A stretch of 64,000 nt of DNA from Ylistrum balloti (taxonomy: Eukaryota): assembly GCF_031769215.1 (NCBI RefSeq), contig NW_026781970.1:2542001-2606000 (forward strand), read 5' to 3'. The notes under the pieces were generated by a model that saw nothing but the letters and a program-made list of their open reading frames with translations, was not told the DNA's origin and ran no database searches. The translations under genes were made by a program, and so were the position numbers. The first letter of the stretch is position 1, and each line of letters starts with the position of its first letter. Of this stretch, positions 39,429 to 50,506 are shown piece after piece.

Positions 39429-39488
39429 CTGCAGTCGTAACTGTGCCATGTCACGCATCAGCTGGTTTCGTCTGCTTTCTTCATCTGC
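39429..39488 (-). CDS. SMG5: SMG5 exon (ADEESRRNQLMRDMAQLRLQ)
   Basis: caattattcag| ... |gtttgt; 60 nt, phase 0/0. Human AQEEARRNRLMRDMAQLRLQ (recalled). Confidence 0.96.
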
Positions 39489-40719
39489 CTGAATAATTGA
39501 TAAAACTTTGGTCACAGAAATGTCAGGTGCTAGCAACCATCCTATTTACCATCAATGGCCATGTACATATGATTTACAACTAACTTTTATCATAATGTTT
39601 TGTTTCGACCAATGAAATTTTGGTATTTTATTGAAGGTTTGGTGATAAAATGAACCAACATGCAAAGGTCTTGGCCACAGATTTTGTTGAAATCCACCGA
39701 GATGTTTTGGAGTAGTGGCATTTCAAAGATCTACCTTTTCACTGTCACAGGGTTATGCCAATCTCATTTAATCAAGAAATAATTGCCATCTACCATTTAT
39801 AATTCAGACAAAATTTGGTTGGAACATACTATGGCATTATGGAGAAATCTAAAATTTACAAATGTTGGACAATGACAGATGAAGCATGATGGTACTAGAT
39901 CATTGTGACCCTTCGGGTAAGATGACTTTGACATTAATATCAAGAACAAAGTGACCTTGAAATGCATGGACACTGCACTGAAAAACACAAGGTATAATAT
40001 ATCAAATGTTGCCTCAGAGAGAACAATATAATACCTTTAAAAGTTGAGAACTATGTAATAAATTTCAAAGTCATAGACTCTTCAATAATTCCTGTGAAAC
40101 AACAGCGATCTTTGACAGCTAATATTCAATAACCCAACACAGTGTAAAGTGTTCATGAGGAGTGGGTGGAAGATTTGCTGTTACAGACTTATTCCTACAT
40201 GCGGATTGGTATCAGAATAAATATTTCAATCCTTCGAAATCCTAAAACATTAATAACACAAGGGCAATGATACTTTTTTTTAATCGTTTAAACAAAATTG
40301 TCTAGAAAAAAAATCAAAAGTCACAGAAACATTAAGGATACATATATGTATGGTTACCATGGCAACAGCCTCATTCAATCTTAAACTGTCAACATAAACA
40401 ATTTTAGGCCCTTTTCCAATCTTCTATCTCCTGAATATTGTCAGAGTTAAATAGATGCTGTGTAATCCGCAGACCAGTAAAGGGAAATCTTCAGGACTAT
40501 TCCCATTACTGAATGTAAATACACATCAGGATTGTAATACACTATATATATGTGGAACAGCAACAGTAAAGTACAAAGATTTTCTCTGTGATAATAATGA
40601 TAGGGGAATACAGAACAAAAGAATGCCTAGAATGTCAGACTTTTATGTAATGATGCATTCCTACCAGATCAGTAAATACTTCAGCTGTTGTAGACAGAAT
40701 GTAATGACTTCTTCTTAGA

Positions 40720-42870
40720 AAGCAACAACCTGATAGTTTGTGATAAAGTGACAACATAACTGTTTCTGATAAAGTGACAACATGACTGTTTCTGATAAAG
40801 TGACAACATGACTGTTTCTGATAAAGTGACAACATGACTGTTTCTGATAAAGTGACAATATAACTGTTTCTGATAAAGTGACAACGTGACAGTTTCTGAT
40901 AAAGTGACCACTGAAGGTTTGTGATAAAGTGACAACATGACAGTTTCTGATAAAGTGACCACTGAAGGTTTGTGATAAAGTGACCACTGAAGGTTTGTGA
41001 TAAAGTGACAACATGACAGTTTCTGATAAAGTGACCACTGAAGGTTTCTGATTAAGTGACCACTAAAGGTTTCTGATAAAGTGGCCACTAAAGGTTTGTG
41101 ATAAAGTGACCACTGAAGGTTTCTGATAAAGTGACAACATGACTGTTTCTGATAAAGTGACCACTGAAGGTTTGTGATAAAGTGACAACATGACAGTTTC
41201 TGATAAAGTGACCACTGAAGGTTTCTGATAAAGTGACAACATGACTGTTTCTGATAAAGTGACCACTGAAGGTTTGTGATAAAGTGACAACATGACAGTT
41301 TCTGATAAAGTGACCACTGAAGGTTTCTGATAAAGTGACAACATGACTGTTTCTGATAAAGTGACAACCTGATGGTTTAAAAAAACGTGCCTTGACAGTT
41401 TCTGATAAAGTGACCACTGAAGGGTTGTGATAAAGTGACCACTGAAGGTTTGTGATAAAGTGACAACATGACAGTTTCCGATAAAGTGACCACTGAAGGT
41501 TTCTGATAAAGTGACAACATGATTGTTTCTGATAAAGTGACCACTGAAGGGTTGTGATAAAGTGACCACTGAAGGTTTGTGATAAAGTGACAACATGACA
41601 GTTTCCCATAAAGTGACCACTGAAGGTTTCTGATAAAGTGACAACATGATTGTTTCTGATAAAGTGACAACCTGATGGTTTAAAAAACGTGCCTTGATAG
41701 TTTCTAATAAAGTGACAACCTGATGGTTTGTGATAAAGTGACATGATGCTTTCCGATAAAATGACAACATAATTGTTTCCGATAAAGTGATAACATGAGA
41801 GTTTCTGATAAAGTGACCACTGAAGGTTTCTAATAAAATGACAACATGACAGTTTCTGATTAAGTGACCACTGAAGGTTTCTGATAAAGTGACAACATAA
41901 CAGTTTCTGACAATGTGCCGACATTATGGCTTTTGATAGTGACAACATGATTGTTTCTGATAGTGACAACCTGGTGGTTTCATACAAAGTGACAACAAGA
42001 TGGTTTTTGATAAAGTGACAACCTGATGGTTTCTAACAAAGTGACAAAATGGTTGGATAAAGTGAAAATATTATTGAATTCTGTTAAAGTGACAAGATGG
42101 ATTAGATAATGTAACAACCTGGTGGTTTCTGTTAAAGTGACAACCTGGTGGTTTCTGATAAAGTGACACATTGTAATTTGATAAAGTGGCAATATTTTTT
42201 TGAAGTCTGATAAAATGACAACCTGATGAATTCTGTAAACATGACAACAAGATGGTTTTTGATAAAGTAACAACCTGCTGGTTTCTGGTAAAGTGACAAC
42301 CTGATGGTTTCTAAAAAAGTGACAACCTGATGGTTTCTGATAAAGTGACACGTTGTTATTTGATAAAGTGACAATATTTTTTTGAAGTCTGATGAAGTGA
42401 CAACCTGATGATTTCTGATTAAGTGACAACCTGATGGTTACTGATAAAGTGACAATATTTTTTTGAAGTCTGATGAAGTGACAACCTGATGATTTCTGAT
42501 TAAGTGACAACCTGATGGTTTCTGATAAAGTGACACGTTGTTATTTGATAAAGTGACAATATTTTTTTGAAGTCTGATGAAGTGACAACCTGATGGTTTC
42601 TGATTAAGTGACAACCTGATGGTTACTGATAAAGTGACATGGTATTTTGATAAAGTGACAATATTTTTTAATTCTGATAAGGTGACATCAAGATGGTTGG
42701 TCTCTGATAAAGTGACAACATAATGGTTGCTTATGAAGTGAAAACCTGATAATTTGTGATAGAATGACAAATGCTTGTTTCTGATAAAGTGATATGCTGA
42801 TATCTGATACAGTGACAACAGGATAATCTTTAATAATATGAAAATAATTATATTTTTGATAAAATGACAT
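40720..42870. repeat. Complex minisatellite with 25-27-bp monomers sharing a TGATAAAGTGAC core
   Basis: Monomers GATAAAGTGACAACATGACTGTTTCT (26), GATAAAGTGACCACTGAAGGTTT(C/G)T (25) and GATAAAGTGACAACCTGATGGTTTCT in mixed order; divergence increases to the right. Explains all ORFs in 40635-42870. Confidence 0.97.
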
Positions 42871-44982
42871 TAGTCTACTTCAGGTATATTAATACATACC
42901 GGTATGTCATTGTCTGATTGGCTCACAGGCATATATTGTATGTGTTTTATTTGGATAGGGTCTATACCGAGTATATAGAAAATGATGGGTTTTCATTACT
43001 CAACCACATGTTGATTCAACCAAGGAAACAACAAATATTTTCAAACTGTAAATAAGTAAGGAAGTCACATACTTTCTTTTTTAGAAACATCAATGTTGTT
43101 ATCATTTTAGAAAAACGTTTCAGATGATTCTATTTTTGAAGTCTAAAAGTAACAACCCATTTTATATCATTATCATAATGCACCTGGTCTCATTCACTTG
43201 ATATATATCGGAAATGGCTGATCTCAGCAATTTTTGAACTTCATGTTAATTTATTTATCTTTCATTTTCTGACCTGGTAATTTCAGGGCAGCACACCTGC
43301 ATGTAACCAGCATTAAGAGATGATTTCTTCATCTGTGTATAAGGGGACATAACTCCTGATGCAAACATCTCCAAGTGTAAGAGTCACCAGTTTAAAACAT
43401 TTTGATGGAGCCAGCTCAAAGGGCTGGAGACTGTACATGATGAGAAAGGAAAAAAGGATAATTGGAGCCTAAGATTGTGTAATGGTGGAAAGATGGAAAA
43501 TTTGCTGCACATTACATAAACAAACATTAGCTGAAGTGTTAGCAGTTGTGTGAGGTGGAATGATTGACAGGCAGCCTGCCCTTACCCAGACACCAGACTC
43601 TTTCAATTAATGGTGTAATAAACCTGATCAGGTAATTGGTTGTAAGTACCAATCGCTCCCCAAGTCAGTTAGATCAAAGGCCTCGCCAGTGTCAGGGAGC
43701 AATTCTCCTCAAATGAGCAGCAAATTACAGCGAGAAATTATAATCAACCGTTTGATAATATTCTTTGCTCTTGGTTTCAATAAGACATCATAAAGAAGAA
43801 AAACAAGGGATGCAACAGGAAGACACAAATGGCTTGGTTTTTCTTCAACCCTCATTTCTGACATAGAAAAAGTTTCCTTCATCACCAATAAAACATTTTT
43901 ATTTTGTATAAAAATAGGTTGAAGTTATATGCGATGAACGTGGAGGGACAGCTGCTTAGAGCAGTTTAAATGTCTCCCGTTGGCGAGATATATTTGATGA
44001 ATTTATATAATTATTTTGTGAGTGATCTGATACAGGAACAAGTTGTTATAGTAACCTTCACACTGGTGATCTAAGGTGAAGGTCAGTATGCTGCTTGTCA
44101 AGGTCACATCAACACTATAAATGTAAAGACCACTTCAACAACTAAACCAAGATTTTCCTATCTCTACTAATCAAAGTTGCCCTCTTCCTCAAGGTTACTT
44201 TAAACACCAGACCAATGCTTCCCATATTCTCAAGGTCATATGATATGCCAAACCAAAGTTAACTTATCGCTGTGCCAAGATGACAATGAGGTTTCATGTT
44301 AATACCAGCTTAACACTTTATATCAAGGTCACAGTTATATCTCTATCAATGGGAATGTTAAAATCTAGTTCTCTACCTCATAAAATTTTTCAGACAGTAA
44401 ATGTCACACCTAATTCAGGACAAAAGACTCACAGAAGGAGATGAGAAAGACGAATAGTCAAAACAGAGGTTAGAAGCTAAGGATATAAAAAAAATTCTGG
44501 GGTTGGAGGGCACTGAAACTAGGGGACTAGGAAGGCAGAACAAATATCATTACAGGCTAAAAACCATGATATGGCTTCATCTTACATCCAAATATTAGAG
44601 GGCAATAAAAACTTCAGTGTATTGACAGACAAGCATGGTAAGTACATAATTGGGAATGCTCTTTACACCAAAAATGATAGGTGCAGGAATGATGCTATCG
44701 CTAAGCCTATACGTCTTGACAGTTCTTACATAACTGGAATTTTCTTGGCTCACAAAACCTAAATGTATTTAACAGCTTATTCCAGAAGTGACATCTGCTT
44801 TACTGCTTTGCCGAGAACAAGATGCCCATGGGGTCTGCACTGTTCGCCAGGTTTTGTCATTTCATCAATTGGTACAAAGCTGGTTTCTTTCTCTCTCTCA
44901 GTTTGATGAAGTTATGATAGGAAATACTATCAAACTTCAAACATTTTTTGATAATCTAATGCCAAATTCAAGGAAGTGACAA

Positions 44983-45681
44983 GAGTCTGTCCTATATTGT
45001 CCTACAAGTATATCAATTATTAGAGTTTTGCCTATATTTTCATATCAGTATATTTAGTAAAGTCTGGCCTATATCTCCTATCAGTATATTCAGTAGAGTT
45101 TTGCCTATATTTTCATATCAGTATATTTAGTAAAGTCTGGCCTATATCTCCTATCAGTATATTTAGTAAAGTCTGGCCTATATCTCCTATCAGTATATTC
45201 AGTAAAGTCTGGCCTATATATTCCTATCAGTATATTCAGTAAAGTCTGGCCTATATCTCCTATCAGTATATTCAGTAAAGTCTGGCCTATATTTTCCTAT
45301 CAGTATATTCAGTAAAGTCTGGCCTATATCTCCTATCAGTATACTGGCCTATATCTCCTATCAGTATATTCAGTAAAGTCTGGCCTATATCTCCTATCAG
45401 TATATTTAGTAAAGTCTGGCCTATATCTCCTATCAGTATATTCAGTAAAGTCTGGCCTATATCTCCTATCAGTATATTCAGTAAAGTCTGGCCTATATCT
45501 CCTATCAGTATATTCAGTAAAGTCTGGCCTATATCTCCTATCAGTATATTCAGTAAAGTCTGGCCTATATTTTCCTATCAGTATATTTAGTAAAGTCTGG
45601 CCTCTATTTTCATATCAGTATATTCAGTAAAGTCTGGCCTATATTTTCCTATCAGTATATTCAGTAAAGTCTGGCCTATAT
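44983..45681. repeat. Minisatellite, 36-bp unit, ~19 copies
   Basis: AGTAAAGTCTGGCCTATATCTCCTATCAGTATATTC. Confidence 0.97.
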
Positions 45682-46839
45682 TAAGTTGCGTCTGGGCTAT
45701 ATTGTTATATTGTCATATTTTTCATTAAAAGTCTGGCTGATACTGTCATACAAGTATTTTCATTGAAAGTCTATCCTACATTGCTATACCAGTATATATC
45801 CATGTCTTACAAGATCTCTACCAAGTGTTTAATACTGTCACTGTTGAATTTGATCTCTAACTGTCACATAAAAATATCAGAAAAAAAAACCCACAATTTT
45901 TACATTCCTTTGAATGTGCTCATTTTTTCCACAATAAACAGAAAGTTCTTTCACAGTATCAGATATCTAAATATAGAACCACATTTAATAACCACTTCAA
46001 TTATCAATTTCAGTATTAAGTGAATTGATAATACTAAAACTCTCAGTGAGACACTAAACTACAAAATTTCTCTAAAATAACAAAATAAAAAGAAAATAAG
46101 TCTTATAATGTTTAACCTTACAGAGACAAAGCTTGTGGATAAGTTAGGGCAGTCAGTCTAATGTGACATCCCAACCGCCAACCATGGAAATGTATCCAAC
46201 TCTTTTACTCATGTTATTGGGTTTTAAAGAGGTGAATAGACACTTTTCAGACTACACAAGGTATAAACTGACCAAGGCTGAAGGTCAATGTTAATCTATA
46301 GCTAACAAGGTGCAAATAGTTCAATTGCATATCAAATTACAGTTCAATATTCTTTTTAAGCACGGAGAAAATCAAGTAAAACTAAAACTTTATTTTTATT
46401 TTTTGAAGATACAGGGTCATAAGCCTGGAAAACTAGAAACATGTCATACATCTTTTCATTATTTATAACAATATACAAAATTTCAGTTTCTGGGAAATGC
46501 TAGAAGGACAAAACAGCTGTATAATGCAATTTAATTCCTTATTAGGCTCTACTGTATCTAATTCTAAAGTTGTATTAGAGGATGCTATTCACCATTATTT
46601 ATATCTCCATCTGTCAAAGGAAAAATGACAAGAAAATAATACATGGTAGAGGAACAAGAAATATCAAGTAAAACGATAAATTATGGAAAAAATCAAGTAA
46701 AATGTTCACATCAATCAAAATATATGAAATATGTAGAAACTGCTGTTTTTTTCTTGATAAACTCAGCTCTTAACCGGCATCTAGGAATATTTCTTTAATG
46801 ATCAAATCACCTGATGTTTAACTGTATCACTGAGGCTAA

Positions 46840-46880
46840 GGGGGAGGGGGAGGGACAAGGGGAGGAGGAGGGGTAGGGGG
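46840..46880 (+). other. G-tract cluster with G-quadruplex potential
   Basis: GGGGGAGGGGGAGGGACAAGGGGAGGAGGAGGGGGTAGGGGG: more than four runs of G3+ with short loops. Confidence 0.6.
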
Positions 46881-48389
46881 AGAAGAAACTCCCTAACAGG
46901 ATAAAGTCTGATGCTATACCCAGTAATTAAGTTTCACCCGACCTTACACATTTTTGGCTAATGTTTTTGACACCCAGTTATTTCCTAGCAAGATAGTAGG
47001 ATCATTAAAAATTTAAACACTCTTCAGTTGATAATTTCCACATGTCGGCTTGGGTGACTGTCTGTGAGGAATGTGAACTAGCCTGCTGGACACATACATT
47101 TGGCCTCATTATCCACAGTAACTGGCTTCTCAACAGCATGTGCAACACATCTTATTGGGGATGAAATTAAAGCAGAATATGGCTGCTACAGATAGGTTTG
47201 CCTCTGAGCAAACTTTGATATCAAAGCATTCTTATGTTTTTTGGGCCGTTCCAAGAAGTATTAAAAGGAAAGGTGTGTGAGGGGGGAGGGTCGGGGATAG
47301 GGGAGATAGGTTTGTGTGGGTGAGGAGTGGGGATGTAGATGTGTGTAAGGGATAACGAGGATGAAGCATTGTGGGTGCGAGAGGAGAGGGCAAGTGGGGT
47401 CAAAGGTGTATATTTAAGGGATAAGTGTGGGGCTGAGTGGGGCATTCATGTGAGGGTTGTGAGAGTGGGGGTTGGAATATAAGAACAGTTTCTTTTCCTC
47501 CCAAAAGAATGTAAAAATGTCATAAGAAGTAAGAGTTGAAGGAGAGCTGTTTTATCCTGGTTGTTAGGGAAGAAGCCATCTGGAAGGAACAGACACCCCA
47601 CCACATCACAGGCACCAGGCCAAGGGAGAGCATCCAGCCAGCACTAATTACAGTAAATGTCTAACATTTTGCAGTGACTAAAATAATTCTAAACAGAATT
47701 TCATTTTTTTTTGTTTTTTTTGTAGTAACATAAGATTCTTGTTAAATCTACATTAGTTCTTACCTAGCTGAAAATAGAATGATTTCATTACAAAACATTA
47801 CAATTTTCCCCTTCATTATTACAAGTTTAATTTTTCTAAATTGCTGTTAAAACATATTGAAAATGCCTCTCACTTGGCAGGTAGTTCGAGTTAAGTAATT
47901 TATTGAATTCCAGATTTTTGGATATTTATCACAGCTTGTTTGGTAGCATCCATTACAAGCTTGTTAGAACAGAAAATAATTCCCATTTAACAACCCCCAT
48001 TCCCCAACCACACAGACATAAAATGGCCCTGTACCAGGCTAACTACTGAAACCTGTTACTGTCAGGAATCATAATAGATTAAGCTGCTACCAGATATTCT
48101 TGTTTATAACTAGTAGATATTAACTTGTTCACTGGTGCAACTTCCACAGAACACCAGATCTGGCATGTGTAGCAGGGGTGGGATGGGGAGTAAGACAACT
48201 ATCCTGCCTAAATCTAAATGAAATTTCCAAAACCATCAAAACAGAAGGAATACGTTCCCATTTTTCAAAATTTCATAAAAAATTCCAATTAACATAAGGG
48301 AGACAATTTATTCCACACAATCCATGGGCCCTAAATCCAGCCAAATTTCAGAATAAATAAAACTGTGTATGACCCAAGATTAGTGTGTA

Positions 48390-49300
48390 ACACTTGGTCC
48401 TCTAAAATGTTCTCAGATACAACATTTGGCAACTGAAGGCCATGTAGTACAGAAATAGACCCAGACAAAGTGACAATGAACAAAGGGCAGTAACTCTGAA
48501 TGAAGTGGGTCATATGAACTGATCTTAGCACCATGGTATGTAACACTCCAACATCATGAGAGGTACTTAGAAGGTCTTCATGAAATATGACCAGACAAAT
48601 GACAGAGAAACTGACAGCCAGACATACAGACTGATAGACTGAGTGACCAAGAAATTTACAGACTAACAGACTGATGGACTGACAGAATGATGAATTGACT
48701 GACTAAAAGGCTGACAGACTGACAGACTGGGGAACTGACAGATTACTAGACTAAAAGGCTGACAGACTGGCAGACTGGGGAACTGACAGATTACTAGACT
48801 AAAAGGCTGACAGACTGGCAGACTGGGGAACTGACAGATTACTAGACTAATAGACTGACAGACTGGCAGACTGGGGAACTGACAGATTACTAGACTAAAA
48901 GGCTGACAGACTGGCAGACTGGGGAACTGACAGATTACTAGACTAAAAGGCTGACAGACTGGCAGACTGGGGAACTGACAGATTACTAGACTAAAAGGCT
49001 GACAGACTGGCAGACTGGGGAACTGACAGATTACTAGACTAATAGACTGAGCAGACTGGCAGACTGGGGAACTGACAGATTACTAGACTAATAGACTGAG
49101 CAGACTGGCAGACTGGGGAACTGACAGATTACTAGACTAATAGACTGAGCAGACTAATACACTGGACAATTGACAGATTACTAGACTTACAGACTACTGC
49201 ACTAATAGACTGGGGAACTAACAGAATACTGTCTAATAGACTGACAGATTGGGAAACTGACTGACTACTGGGCTAATAGACTGATGGACAGAATGATATC
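48390..49300 (+). repeat. HINE-like element with expanded GACT/GACA-derived 48-bp array
   Basis: AAAGGGCAGTAACTC / GATCTTAGCACCATGGTATGTAACACTCC head, then GACAGACTGGCAGACTGGGGAACTGACAGATTACTAGACTAAAAGGCT x~9 (48713-49156; starts at 48761, 48809). Confidence 0.75.
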
Positions 49301-50117
49301 AAATTCTGCTATCTATCACCAGTTTCCTGTGGAAAACAACATGAAACTGAACCACTCCTTCCTTCCTGTGTATTAAACATCTGCAGTCAACCCTGACCAG
49401 TTAAGAATGATATGTCATATTTGTAAGTATGTTGTATTCATTTTGTAGAATTCCTACTATAAGTATGAATTTAATATCCTGTTTTCCACTTAACACAACA
49501 ATGGATTAATGATGGCTACAAGTATCAGTATGATTAACATCTTAGTCTGTGCTTATTTCACTTTACCTCAGGATGTCATATCTAAATACTTCCTTCATCA
49601 ACACTACAGTGGGAACATACCAAACTGTTCTGAAATTATTTGCCTGCATCAAAAATTATTTTTCGAAGCACAACAATATTACAGCCTTTTCTGCCTATAT
49701 CCTGTGAAGCCTGTCACCAACCATTTCTTAGTTTCCAAGTTTAGTGCTTTAAGAGTCCTATCAGTGATCATTTGAAGTTATTCACGATGGCATGAAATTT
49801 AATGGCACTAATTTAATCTGAAGGAGGATGTGCATACGTGTGTGTGATAATTACACTACAGGTCATAATTCTTAACTAGAATTTCACGAAGTGGATGTGT
49901 CGCCTGCACTTGTCAAGAGATAGGTTACCACAAGTACAATCCACTAGCTTATAATTAAAAGACTTACGAGTGTACGAGTGGAGCTACATCACACACGAAA
50001 GTCAATAGAAACATGTTCTCTCTTGATTTTCAAGTTTCATTGCAAAGTCCACTTTAAAATACCGAAGAAATTTTGTTGAAATGTAAGATAAACATATTAC
50101 AATTATCATATTTCAGA

Positions 50118-50506
50118 AAACTAGAATTGCAAGTCATAGGTTAACTTCACACTCCATGCTCAGACTAACTTAACACTCGATGCTCAGACTAACTTCACAC
50201 TCCATGCACAGACTAACTACACACTCGATGCTCAGACTAACTTTACACTCCATGCTCAGACTAACTACACACTCCATGCTCAGGTTAACTTCACACTCCA
50301 TGCTCAGGTTAACTTCACACTCGATGCACAGACTAACTTCATACTCGATGGTCAGTCAGGATCATGTCACGATCATTTCAGGTAAGTTTCAGCTCAATGA
50401 GACATGCAAAACTTGAGAAGAAGTTGAAAATGTTTATGACGGACGATGCCGGACAAAAGGTGGCCGCAATAGGTTATCAGACCCCCTTGATCAGATGACC
50501 TAAAAA
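50118..50506 (+). mobile_element. HINE/CvA-like element carrying a 24-bp tandem array
   Basis: AAACTAGA start; CACACTCCATGCTCAGACTAACTT x~8.5 (50138-50350); GACGGACGATGCCGGAC microsatellite-like tract; 3' end GATCAGATGACCTAAAAAT. Confidence 0.7.

Noticed and set aside
40720-42870. CRISPR-like repeat-spacer appearance
   Set aside because: The constant part is only ~12 bp, spacers are re-used rather than unique, there are no cas genes and the context is a eukaryotic intron: it is a minisatellite.
40635-42870. Long ORFs of 100-299 aa in the ORF track
   Set aside because: Read-through of the tandem array; peptides are pure monomer repeats with frame switching.
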